Below the pieces are notes generated by a model, which was not told the origin of the DNA, made no database searches, and saw only the letters and a list, made by a program, of their open reading frames with translations. DNA of 61,379 nt, filler included, from an uncultured Myxococcia bacterium (GTDB lineage Bacteria > CAZTWC01): assembly GCA_964617105.1 (NCBI GenBank). It is 5 parts of 5 records of this genome, joined end to end, with 100 filler letters (N's around TTAATTAATTAA, not from the genome) between each part and the next. Parts side by side here need not be neighbours in the genome. Positions count along the whole stretch, not along the records: positions 1 to 12,420 come from CAZTWC010000094.1; positions 12,521 to 24,767 come from CAZTWC010000095.1; 3 more parts are not named here. One strand, written 5' to 3'. Shown here one piece after another: positions 10,336 to 19,708 of the stretch. The stretch's first letter is position 1. The number at the start of each line of letters is the position of its first letter. A program made the translations under genes and the position numbers.

Positions 10336-12420
10336 TCAATTACAACTCAAACTACTATTATTAACCGAAAAATTCCCGGTATATCCCTCGATACCAAATT
10401 CTGGATTGTAAGGAACAATCTTCAACCGAACCTGATTATAACACCTGTCGTTCAGGTCAAAGGCGGAATCCCATATAATAGAATTCTGAATTCCCGTTAA
10501 GGTAGCCTGGAAATCGTGAATCTTGCCATTTTTAATAGCAGCCGGCACCATGGTTTCCGGAACCAGGGGGTCATGTTTATAAAGGTAATATACCGCTAAA
10601 CTGCATAACGTAGGCTCAGCAGATTTCAAAGTAAATTTTATCTCTACATCTCCCTGTTGTAGACCGGCGGGAGAAGATATGTTACTAATCTCAACTTTGG
10701 GTTTAGAGTTATCCACAATAAAAGGCTCTGATATTTGTTCCTCCCCTTTGAATATATCTGAAGGTATGGCCCGAATAACTACCCTGGCCAAATAATCACC
10801 AATATCTTTCTGGCTGTCCCAGAGAAAATAGTGGTCAACCCCCTGGGGAGAGGATGCCAATTTATCCATTGAGGGACTTAAATCTGCCAAAGTAAGGGCT
10901 GATAAACTGCGCCCTTCCAGCAAAGGAACATAGGCGTAACTAAGATCTAAATCAACTGGGTCTTTTTCTGCATCTTTAATGGTGAATTTATACATCATAT
11001 CACCTTTCAGAGTGCCGGAGGGACCTATCAATATTATCTCTGGAGCGGTATTTATATTGTTCAAGATAAAACTGCCAGTGGTGGCAGACAACCCGGTACT
11101 CTGCAGATTGAAAGGAGTAATTCTTAAAAACACCTCATTATAGAGACTAAATCCCAAATCCTTGAAACTATCCCATATATAGTTGTGCTCATCTCCCTGG
11201 GCCGAAGTAGATAAATTGCTGTTACCGTCACCACCCTCGGCCATTGAGCAGGGAAAATAAGTTTTATTGTCCAAACTGTATTCAACCAAAATATTCATAG
11301 GAGTATGCTTACTTTCCACCAGAGTATAATCCACTTCCACCAGGCCCCGCTGATCTTGCTGGATGGGCTCGATGCTAACATAGGGGATGGATGAGCCGCT
11401 GTTGTCTACATAAAACAGATTCGATTCTGTGGGGGCACCGGTTGAGATATCGCTGGGAATTATTCTCACCTGAATACCTACTTTATTGGAGAGACCCAGG
11501 TCGGCAACGCTGTCCCAGGTAAAAAAGTGCTCAACCCCAGTGGGAGAGGATAGTAAATTGGCAATACCAACCAGTTGGGGATTATCAACCTTAGCGGCAG
11601 TTAAAGGAAGATAAAAACTGCCGCTCTGAGTCTTGTATTGGATTTGAATCTTCAAAGGATCGCTCTGTTGATCTTTAATGGTATATCTCAACACTACATT
11701 ACCCGACTCTATATTGGTTGGGGTATTGATGGATAACACCTCTGGGAGGGTGTTATTTCCGCTGTTATCCACAATAAATGGGCCCATGATATCGCTATTA
11801 TTTTCATTAAAATCGTTGGCAAAATCTTTAACCATAAAGCGTACAAATACATTTTCATCCCGAATTCCGGTGAGTTGGTCTTCACTGTCCCATAAATATT
11901 TCCCCGGCTCTCCCAGGGGTGAGGTTGTAAGGTTGACTATGGGCTGGCTGGCAGCAGCGGCAGTGCATTGAGCATAGGAGAAGGTGGTATACTTCATCTC
12001 AGGTTTGACTTCTGCTGTATTTGATTCCACATCTTTAACCAGGTAATCGAGTAGAATATCTCCAGAGGCGATATTGTTTTCCAGAGGCTCAATAACCACC
12101 TGGGGAGTCTGGTTAGTCTGATTATTAACCACAAAGGGCGCGCTAACTTTTTCCAAACCAGCGGCCTGGTCGCTGGGAGTTATTTTTATAGTCACATTCT
12201 CAAAGCGGATTTGACCCAGGTCAATAAGGCTGTCCCAAACTAAAGAAAATATAGCCCCTTTTTGGTTGGCCTGCAGGCCGGACACCCCATCCCCTTTACC
12301 CTGAACTAGCGTACAGGGTTGGTAGTTGTTTCCATCCGTAGAGTAATCTACGGTAATAGAGCATTGATCTTGGTCGTCATCCAGAAGAATATAAACGATC
12401 TTTACCTCTTCCCGCTGGCT
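10336..12420 (-). CDS. Repeat-rich extracellular protein (at least 6 Ig-like WDS..DLG repeats), 5' truncated at contig end
   Basis: ORF 10336..12285 stays open upstream to the contig edge (SQREEVKIVYILLDDDQDQC...); WDSLIDLG, WDSEDQLT, WDSVADLG, WDSFKDLG, WDSQKDIG and WDSAFDLN recur at about 115-aa spacing. Confidence 0.75.
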   Translation of the reverse strand, partial: SQREEVKIVYILLDDDQDQCSITVDYSTDGNNYQPCTLVQGKGDGVSGLQANQKGAIFSLVWDSLIDLGQIRFENVTIKITPSDQAAGLEKVSAPFVVNNQTNQTPQVVIEPLENNIASGDILLDYLVKDVESNTAEVKPEMKYTTFSYAQCTAAAASQPIVNLTTSPLGEPGKYLWDSEDQLTGIRDENVFVRFMVKDFANDFNENNSDIMGPFIVDNSGNNTLPEVLSINTPTNIESGNVVLRYTIKDQQSDPLKIQIQYKTQSGSFYLPLTAAKVDNPQLVGIANLLSSPTGVEHFFTWDSVADLGLSNKVGIQVRIIPSDISTGAPTESNLFYVDNSGSSIPYVSIEPIQQDQRGLVEVDYTLVESKHTPMNILVEYSLDNKTYFPCSMAEGGDGNSNLSTSAQGDEHNYIWDSFKDLGFSLYNEVFLRITPFNLQSTGLSATTGSFILNNINTAPEIILIGPSGTLKGDMMYKFTIKDAEKDPVDLDLSYAYVPLLEGRSLSALTLADLSPSMDKLASSPQGVDHYFLWDSQKDIGDYLARVVIRAIPSDIFKGEEQISEPFIVDNSKPKVEISNISSPAGLQQGDVEIKFTLKSAEPTLCSLAVYYLYKHDPLVPETMVPAAIKNGKIHDFQATLTGIQNSIIWDSAFDLNDRCYNQVRLKIVPYNPEFGIEGYTGNFSVNNSSLSCN

Positions 12421-12520
12421 NNNNNNNNNNNNNNNNNNNNNNNNNNNNNNNNNNNNNNNNNNNNTTAATTAATTAANNNNNNNNNNNNNNNNNNNNNNNN
12501 NNNNNNNNNNNNNNNNNNNN
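12421..12520. other. Artificial contig-joining spacer
   Basis: 100-nt N run with central TTAATTAATTAA (stops in all six frames). Confidence 0.98.
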
Positions 12521-12521
12521 A

Positions 12522-12617
12522 TATAGAGCCAAGGAGAAAGGGCGGAACCGGACTATCAACTTCCAGAGTTTGACCAGGGCCGAAGTTGCCCGGTTGCGGG
12601 AGGAGAAAAAGGATTAG
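12522..12617 (+). CDS. GGDEF (diguanylate cyclase) protein, C-terminal fragment
   Basis: Reads YRAKEKGRNRTINFQSLTRAEVARLREEKKD*, matching the (AL)YxAKxxGRN end of GGDEF domains; not in ORF track. Confidence 0.65.
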   Translation, partial: YRAKEKGRNRTINFQSLTRAEVARLREEKKD

Positions 12618-12633
12618 AGCCCCCAGGGCGTGA

Positions 12634-12662
12634 TTGACATTATTATTGATAAATGATAAAAT
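12634..12662 (+). promoter_or_regulatory. sigma70 promoter of glyQS
   Basis: TTGACA (12634-12639)-N17-TAAAAT (12657-12662), with extended -10 TG. Confidence 0.7.
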
Positions 12663-12671
12663 TCTCCGATT

Positions 12672-13544
12672 ATGGAATTTCAACAAGTAATATTAAATTT
12701 ACAGCAGTTTTGGGCACAGCAAGGTTGCATTATATATCAACCTTACGATATCGAAATGGGAGCGGGTACCTTTAGCCCGGCAACCTTTTTACGGGTATTG
12801 GGTCCTGAACCGTGGAGAGTGGCTTATGTAGAGCCATCCAGACGGCCTACAGATGGCAGGTACGGTGAAAATCCCAACCGGTTGCAGCACTACTACCAGT
12901 TTCAGGTGGTCTTGAAGCCGTCTCCTGTGAATGTGCAAAAATTATATCTGGAAAGTCTGCAGGCTTTGGATATCGATTTTATGGATCACGATATCCGTTT
13001 TGTAGAAGATGACTGGGAATCTCCTACTCTGGGGGCCTGGGGACTGGGCTGGGAGGTTTGGTTGGATGGGATGGAGATAACCCAGTTTACCTACTTTCAA
13101 CAGGCCGGCGGCCTTGATTTAAAACCGGTGAGTGTGGAGTTGACCTACGGATTGGAGCGGATATGCATGTACTTACAAAACCAGGACAATGTATATGATC
13201 TCAATTGGGGTGGGCAAATAAAATATGGTGAGATCCACCACCGAGATGAGGTGGAGTTCTCCAAATACAACTTTGAAAAAGCGGATTGCCAGATGCTCTT
13301 CCAACTTTTTAACAGTTACGAGAAGGAGTGTTTGCGTTTGCTGGAAGAGGAGTTGGTGATTCCGGCCTATGATTATTGTTTGAAAACATCTCATACTTTC
13401 AATTTGTTGGATGCCAGGGGAGCCATTAGCGTGACCGAGCGACAGAACTATATTTTACGGGTCAGAGAGATGGCTAAGGGGTGTGCGCATGGGTATTTAG
13501 AGTTACGAGAAAAGTCAAAATGGCAACATCAGAGTCAGAAATAA
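12672..13544 (+). CDS. glyQ: Glycine--tRNA ligase alpha subunit
   Basis: [36 protein letters not shown] and [12 protein letters not shown] signatures. Confidence 0.98.
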   Translation: MEFQQVILNLQQFWAQQGCIIYQPYDIEMGAGTFSPATFLRVLGPEPWRVAYVEPSRRPTDGRYGENPNRLQHYYQFQVVLKPSPVNVQKLYLESLQALDIDFMDHDIRFVEDDWESPTLGAWGLGWEVWLDGMEITQFTYFQQAGGLDLKPVSVELTYGLERICMYLQNQDNVYDLNWGGQIKYGEIHHRDEVEFSKYNFEKADCQMLFQLFNSYEKECLRLLEEELVIPAYDYCLKTSHTFNLLDARGAISVTERQNYILRVREMAKGCAHGYLELREKSKWQHQSQK

Positions 13545-15718
13545 AAACCGGAGAATTTCTCTTTGAGATCGGCTGCGAAGAGATGCCCAGTGAGTTTATG
13601 CTGCGGGCTCTGCAGGATATGACCGACATTTTTAGCCGGCAATGCCGGCTAAATCGCTTGATTATTGGAGAGAAAGAGGGAAAAGCGAGTAATCTGACAG
13701 ATGAAGTGGCCAATTCGATAAAAGTATTTGGTACCCCCAGGCGGATGGTACTCTACGCCAGGCTACCTATACAACAAGAAGATGAAAACAACCTGGTAAT
13801 AGGTCCGGCAGCCAAGGTGGCTTTTGATGAGCAAGGAAAACCTACCAAAGCGGGTATGGGGTTCGCCCGTTCCCGGGGGGTTAAACCAGAAGATTTGAAA
13901 ATAATAGAGGGCAAGAAGGGGGAGCATGTGGCTGCCCAGGTTTTTAAGCCCGGCCGGAAAACAGTGGATATCTTGCCGGATATTCTATCGTTGATATTGA
14001 GAAAACTCCACTTTAGAAAACGGATGCGTTGGGCTGATTTTAGCGAAGATTTTGCCCGGCCTGTTCACTGGCTCCTGGCCCTGTTTGGTAGCCAGGTGAT
14101 TAAGATGAAGTTCAATGGAGTGGAAAGCGCAAACCGTTCACGAGGTCATTACTTTATGGCGCCGGAAGAGTTTCCGGTTACCGGTTTGACCGACTATCTG
14201 GATAGTTGTCAAAAACGCTTTGTCGCAGTAGATCACCGGCTGCGAGGGGAAAAAATCAGGGATATGGCTGCCAAATTGGCTTCTCAAAATAATGGGGCCC
14301 AGGTTGCCATTGACCATGAAGACACCCTTTGGCAAACGATTAATTTTTTGTTGGAATATCCACATCCTTTGCAGGGAGAGTTTGACCAGCAATACCTCAA
14401 ACTTCCCAGGGAGGTATTAATCTCGGTGATGAAGACCCACCAGAAATATATCCCGGTTAAAGATGGTGCAGATAATTTGATCAACCGCTTTATCTTTTTC
14501 AGCAACAATATACCCCGTGATGATCAGGTAGTGATCAATGGTAACCAGCGGGTGATTAGAGCCCGGTTAGAAGATGCCGTTTTTTATTATCACCAGGATT
14601 TGAAATTACCCCTTAGCCAATTGGTTGAAGGGCTCAAAGGGGTGGTTTTCCATCGCCAGTTGGGCACCAGCTACGCTAAAATGGAACGTTTCAAATCTCT
14701 GGCTCAAATTTTGTGTGCTAAACTTTTTTCCGGCCAGCACCAGTTGGCAGGCGAGGTAGAGAATACCGCGTTACTGTGCAAGGCGGATCTGCTCTCCGGT
14801 ATGGTGGGTGAGTTTCCTGAATTACAGGGGATTATGGGTAGAGAGTATCATCTCCATCAAGGCGGAGAGGAAGCGGTGGCCAAAGGGATATTCGAGCACT
14901 ATCTGCCGCGATTTGCAGGAGATGATTTGGCAGAGAATCACCCCGGAGCCCTGGTGGGTATCGCCGACCGGCTGGATACTATAACCGCTATAATCGGCAT
15001 CGGTAAAAGCCCCACCGGACAGGCGGACCCTTTTGCTTTGAGGAGACAGTGCCTGGCAGTGATCAGAACAATGCGCCATCATCAATATCATCTCTCTCTG
15101 GGGCAGATGATCCTTTGGGCGGTAGAGAGACTGCAAAAGGAGATTAAACCAAAATTGACACAGGAAAAGTGGATTGAGGCGGTGCATGGTTTTTTTCAAA
15201 CCCGTTTTATTGGCGATATGCAAAATATGGGTTATCCTACCGATATAATTAAGGCGGTGATGAAAGCTTTAAATCGCCCGGGTCATATTGAGAGCAGGGA
15301 TGATGATCTGATTCACCTGTTTAAAAAAATTGAGATTTTAGATAACTATAGGCGCAAGTGTCCAGATTTTGCCGACTTGGCAGTGGCTTTTAAACGAGTA
15401 ATGAACATTATTAAGGGGGAGAAACCTGGTTTGTTTTTAAGGGAACGGTTGCAGGAAAAGGAGGAAAAAGAATTGGCGGACCGCTTTTTGGAAGCCAGGC
15501 AGGTGGTTAGATCCTGGTTGGACCAGGAGATGTTTAAGGAGGCGCTGGAGGTGATAGTTACTCTCAAGCCAGCGGTGGATGATTTTTTTGATCATGTAAT
15601 GGTTATGGACGAAAATATTGAATTAAAGAATAATAGGCTGGCATTACTGCAATCCATTGGGGAGTTGTTTATGCAAATAGCCGATTTTTCTGTTTTACAG
15701 ATATCAACCCCTTCATAA
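13520..15718 (+). CDS. glyS: Glycine--tRNA ligase beta subunit
   Basis: [32 protein letters not shown] and DPFALRR motifs; ATG 13520 is more plausible than the track's GTG 13481. Confidence 0.96.
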   Translation: MATSESEIKTGEFLFEIGCEEMPSEFMLRALQDMTDIFSRQCRLNRLIIGEKEGKASNLTDEVANSIKVFGTPRRMVLYARLPIQQEDENNLVIGPAAKVAFDEQGKPTKAGMGFARSRGVKPEDLKIIEGKKGEHVAAQVFKPGRKTVDILPDILSLILRKLHFRKRMRWADFSEDFARPVHWLLALFGSQVIKMKFNGVESANRSRGHYFMAPEEFPVTGLTDYLDSCQKRFVAVDHRLRGEKIRDMAAKLASQNNGAQVAIDHEDTLWQTINFLLEYPHPLQGEFDQQYLKLPREVLISVMKTHQKYIPVKDGADNLINRFIFFSNNIPRDDQVVINGNQRVIRARLEDAVFYYHQDLKLPLSQLVEGLKGVVFHRQLGTSYAKMERFKSLAQILCAKLFSGQHQLAGEVENTALLCKADLLSGMVGEFPELQGIMGREYHLHQGGEEAVAKGIFEHYLPRFAGDDLAENHPGALVGIADRLDTITAIIGIGKSPTGQADPFALRRQCLAVIRTMRHHQYHLSLGQMILWAVERLQKEIKPKLTQEKWIEAVHGFFQTRFIGDMQNMGYPTDIIKAVMKALNRPGHIESRDDDLIHLFKKIEILDNYRRKCPDFADLAVAFKRVMNIIKGEKPGLFLRERLQEKEEKELADRFLEARQVVRSWLDQEMFKEALEVIVTLKPAVDDFFDHVMVMDENIELKNNRLALLQSIGELFMQIADFSVLQISTPS

Positions 15719-15747
15719 ATCCGGGGGAGACAAAAGGAGTTAAAGTT

Positions 15748-18402
15748 ATGAAAAAGAGTGTTTATTTTTTTGGCAATGGTGTAGCTGAAGGTAATGCAGG
15801 TATGAAAACCTTATTAGGTGGCAAAGGCGCAAATTTGGCCGAGATGACCAGTATGGAGATTCCGGTGCCGGCCGGATTTACCATTACCACCAAGGTATGT
15901 ACCGATTTTTACAAAAATAACCGGCAGTATGATCCTGGGTTGAAAGAAGATGTGCTGGCCAATTTGCGCAAAGTGGAAGAGGCCATGGGCGAGAGAAGGT
16001 TCGGCGATCCTAAAAATCCGCTGCTGCTATCGGTGCGTTCCGGGGCAAAAATCAGTATGCCAGGCATGATGGACACCGTGCTTAATATCGGGCTCAACGA
16101 TGAAACTATCCAGGGGATAATTGACAAGAACAATGATGAAAGGTTCGCGTACGACAGTTACCGCCGGTTTATTCAGATGTTCAGCAACGTGGTTAAGGGG
16201 CTGGATTCTGAATATATGGAGCACGAACTGGAAAAAATGCGGGAAGAGAGGGGAGTTGAATTTGATAACCAACTCTCTGCCGCTGATATGAAAAAATTAG
16301 TGGAGAAGTACAAAGCCATATACCGGGATAAATTGGGCGAGGATTTCCCCACTGATCCTATGGAGCAACTGTGGGCCGGCATCGATGCGGTGTTTTTGAG
16401 TTGGAATGTTAAACGGGCGGTGGAATACCGGCGTATCCACAAACTTCCCGATAATATGGGAACTGCGGTAAATGTGCAGACTATGGTATTCGGCAATATG
16501 GGTGAAGATTGCGCTACCGGCGTTGCTTTTACCCGGGACCCGGCCAACGGCGAGAAAAGATTTTTCGGCGAGTTTTTGGTCAATGCCCAGGGTGAGGATG
16601 TGGTGGCAGGAATTAGAACTCCCCAACCAGTGAACAAGAGCAGTGAAAATGAATTACCCTCCATGGAAGAGATAATGCCCTCTATCTATAAGGAATTGGA
16701 GGCTATTTATCTGAAGTTGGAGGATCACTATAAAGAGATGCAGGATATCGAGTTTACCATAGAGAATAACAAACTCTGGATGCTGCAAACCAGGACCGGT
16801 AAACGTACCGGGCAAGCAGCGGTGAAAATAGCGGTAGATATGGAAAAAGAGGGGATGATTGACCGTGAAACTGCTATTTTACGGGTGGAACCGGAGCAGT
16901 TGGACCAGTTTCTTCACCCTCAGGTGGACCCCAAGGCGCCCAAGTCCAAGATTTGTTCCGGTTTGGCTGCATCTCCGGGCGCAGCCTGCGGCAAAATAGT
17001 TTTTACTGCAGACGAGGCCGAGCAAGCCGGGGCCAGCGAGAAGGTGATATTGGTCAGGTTGGAAACTTCGCCTGACGATATTCACGGCATGAACGTGGCC
17101 CAGGGAATCCTTACCGCCCGCGGCGGAATGACCTCTCACGCTGCAGTGGTGGCCAGGGGCATGGGTAAATGCTGCGTGGCCGGCTGCAGCGCCCTTAAGG
17201 TTGATTACGAAAACCAGCAGTTCTCGGTGGGAAACCAAGTGTTCAAAAAGGGTGAATATATCACCTTAAACGGAACCAAGGGCGAAGTGTATAAAGGCCA
17301 GGTGCCCATGATTGAGGTAGGCTTTACCGATGAGTACTATGAGTTTATGAACTGGGTGGATGAATATAAGCGTCTCAAAGTGAGGACCAATGCCGATACT
17401 CCCAAAGACAGCCAGGTGGCCCGGGAATTCGGCGCCCAGGGAATCGGCCTTTGCCGCACCGAGCATATGTTTTTTGAGAAAGATCGGATTGCGGCGGTCC
17501 GCAAGATGATTTTGGCCGATGACCTGGAGAGTCGTCGTCAGGCTTTGGAAATTCTCAAACCCATGCAGAAAAACGACTTCAAAGGCATATTTAAAGCCAT
17601 GGACGGATTTCCAGTTAATATCCGCTTGTTGGATCCGCCTTTGCACGAGTTTTTGCCCCAAACCGATGATGAGTTGAGAGAGTTGGCATCTGAAATGGGG
17701 GTTGATTTTAAAACTTTGCAAGACAAGAACGACACTCTGCACGAGTTTAATCCCATGCTGGGACACCGGGGTTGCAGGTTGGGTGTGACCTATCCGGAAA
17801 TTTACGATATGCAGGCCGCCGCCATCATGGAGGCGCTCTGTGAAGTGCAGAAAGAGGACAATGTCAAGGTGGTTGCCGAGATAATGATCCCTCTGGTTGC
17901 GGTTGACAAAGAATTGAGTTTTTTACGTAAAAGAGTGGTTGATATTGCTGAGCAGATTAAAAAAGACTATGGGGTGGATGCCGAGTATTGTGTGGGCACC
18001 ATGATCGAATTGCCCAGGGCTGCCCTGACAGCCGACCAGATCGCTTGTCATGCCGACTTTTTTTCCTTTGGCACCAATGACTTGACCCAGACTGCCTTTG
18101 GCCTCAGCCGCGATGATGCTGGAAGATTTTTGCCCGAGTACGTAGGGAAAAAAGTACTGCCCGAAGATCCTTTTGTCAGTATAGATATCGATGGCGTTGG
18201 CCAGTTGATGGAGATCGCTGTCAGCAAAGGGCGTTCGGTCAAATCGGATCTCAAAGTGGGGATCTGCGGTGAGCATGGTGGTGAGCCGATTTCGGTGAAA
18301 TTCTGTCACCGCATCAACCTCAACTACGTTTCCTGCTCTCCTTATAGGGTGCCTATCGCTAGATTGGCTGCCGCGCATGCAGTTTTGGAAGAGAAAAAGT
18401 AA
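15748..18402 (+). CDS. ppdK: Pyruvate, phosphate dikinase
   Basis: LLGGKGANLAEM, PLLLSVRSGA, GGMTSHAAVVARG (phospho-His), GICGEHGG. Confidence 0.98.
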   Translation: MKKSVYFFGNGVAEGNAGMKTLLGGKGANLAEMTSMEIPVPAGFTITTKVCTDFYKNNRQYDPGLKEDVLANLRKVEEAMGERRFGDPKNPLLLSVRSGAKISMPGMMDTVLNIGLNDETIQGIIDKNNDERFAYDSYRRFIQMFSNVVKGLDSEYMEHELEKMREERGVEFDNQLSAADMKKLVEKYKAIYRDKLGEDFPTDPMEQLWAGIDAVFLSWNVKRAVEYRRIHKLPDNMGTAVNVQTMVFGNMGEDCATGVAFTRDPANGEKRFFGEFLVNAQGEDVVAGIRTPQPVNKSSENELPSMEEIMPSIYKELEAIYLKLEDHYKEMQDIEFTIENNKLWMLQTRTGKRTGQAAVKIAVDMEKEGMIDRETAILRVEPEQLDQFLHPQVDPKAPKSKICSGLAASPGAACGKIVFTADEAEQAGASEKVILVRLETSPDDIHGMNVAQGILTARGGMTSHAAVVARGMGKCCVAGCSALKVDYENQQFSVGNQVFKKGEYITLNGTKGEVYKGQVPMIEVGFTDEYYEFMNWVDEYKRLKVRTNADTPKDSQVAREFGAQGIGLCRTEHMFFEKDRIAAVRKMILADDLESRRQALEILKPMQKNDFKGIFKAMDGFPVNIRLLDPPLHEFLPQTDDELRELASEMGVDFKTLQDKNDTLHEFNPMLGHRGCRLGVTYPEIYDMQAAAIMEALCEVQKEDNVKVVAEIMIPLVAVDKELSFLRKRVVDIAEQIKKDYGVDAEYCVGTMIELPRAALTADQIACHADFFSFGTNDLTQTAFGLSRDDAGRFLPEYVGKKVLPEDPFVSIDIDGVGQLMEIAVSKGRSVKSDLKVGICGEHGGEPISVKFCHRINLNYVSCSPYRVPIARLAAAHAVLEEKK

Positions 18403-18410
18403 TAACTATT

Positions 18411-18504
18411 TAACTGGTAAAGAGTCTGCCCATAGATTTTTTACCACCTAACATCAGTAACTGGCTCGCGGACCGAGGTAGTTGCTGATGTTAGGTACCA
18501 GTTA
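18411..18504. repeat. Nested long inverted repeat downstream of ppdK
   Basis: ACCTAACATCAGTAACT (18446-18462) / AGTTGCTGATGTTAGGT (18480-18496), inner CTCG/CGAG, outer TAACTGGTA (18411-18419) / TACCAGTTA (18496-18504). Confidence 0.7.
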
Positions 18505-18527
18505 ATCTATCATTCAGCAGGACTTCA

Positions 18528-19694
18528 ATGTCACGATTTAATATCTATTACGACCGAGATATACTTAAATTTATCGGTATTATCGATGAATACTCCGATA
18601 TGAGTAGTGCAATTGAACTGATAAAGAGGGAGAAGATCCGTCATCTGGATTTGGAAAATGTAATTTATATAAACTCCTTTGGAGTTCGCTCTTGGATAAA
18701 TCTGGTCAGTTCTTTGGAGCAGACCATGATTCTTCATCGTTGTTCTCCAATAATGGTGGAGCAATTCGCTGCTATTGAAGAAACCATGAAAAATTGTGCG
18801 GTAAAGTCAATAATTATAGAGAATTATTGTACCCACTGTGATTGTGAGGCCATAGAGTTCCTGGAATTCAATCAGTTGACCCGGGAGAAATTTGATTATC
18901 AATCGCCGGTATGTCCAAAGTGCGGAGAAAATATGGAGCCTGAGGATGACCTGCTGGATTATTTGGAAGAACAATTCGAAGTTAAGGAGATGGAGAAAAG
19001 TCATTTTGGCCGTTGCGAAGAGAGAAAACCCCTCAACATCACCGTCAAAATAAAGGATAGCGATGGCAGATCTCAGGAATATTACACCAGGGATATTTCT
19101 CGCACCGGAATATTCATCTATTCGGAAAACCCCATGCCAACCGGCCAGGAGGTAGACTTAGAATTTAAGTTGCCATATTTTGACGGTGTCCATATTATCA
19201 GGGGGTTGATTATCTGGCATAACACCGAGAATCAACTTACCGGGTTTGGGGTCGAGTTTGTCGAATCTTCCGAAAGTTTGCGTGCCTCCATTGAAGAGTA
19301 TATCCGTCTCTTTTATCAGTATCACTCTCCAATTAAGAACAAAAAATCACTTTTAGTGGTGGATGACGACGTCGCCATTACCGATATGCTGAAACTTTTA
19401 CTCACCAATAGGGGATACAAAATATTTATTGCGGCTAACGGATTAGAGGCATACAAACTATTAACCCAGATAAACGTGGGTATGATTATAACCAACCAGC
19501 AGATGCCCAAAATGGGAGGCCTCGATTTTCTTAGAAAAACCAAACTCCTATATCCCCATTTGCCGGTAATAGTGATCTCCGCTATGGATTTGGATGACCT
19601 GGGATTTTTAAAAACTTTTGATAGGTGGCGATACATAAAAAAACCCTTTGACTACAATGAAATTATTGTGGCGGTCAACAAGATGATCGGATGA
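18528..19694 (+). CDS. STAS-like/Zn-ribbon + PilZ + atypical receiver-domain protein
   Basis: YINSFGVRSW STAS-like part, CTHCDC...CPKCG, PilZ RCEER and DISRTG, REC domain LVVDDD...IITNQQMPKMGG...KKPF. Confidence 0.8.
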   Translation: MSRFNIYYDRDILKFIGIIDEYSDMSSAIELIKREKIRHLDLENVIYINSFGVRSWINLVSSLEQTMILHRCSPIMVEQFAAIEETMKNCAVKSIIIENYCTHCDCEAIEFLEFNQLTREKFDYQSPVCPKCGENMEPEDDLLDYLEEQFEVKEMEKSHFGRCEERKPLNITVKIKDSDGRSQEYYTRDISRTGIFIYSENPMPTGQEVDLEFKLPYFDGVHIIRGLIIWHNTENQLTGFGVEFVESSESLRASIEEYIRLFYQYHSPIKNKKSLLVVDDDVAITDMLKLLLTNRGYKIFIAANGLEAYKLLTQINVGMIITNQQMPKMGGLDFLRKTKLLYPHLPVIVISAMDLDDLGFLKTFDRWRYIKKPFDYNEIIVAVNKMIG

Positions 19695-19708
19695 GGTCTT
19701 AACAAAAA

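Noticed and set aside
15909-18378. Long antisense ORFs over ppdK (and similar ones over glyS, rpoD, the AAA_24 gene and the helicase)
   Set aside because: Shadow ORFs opposite well-conserved genes, with no recognisable motifs.
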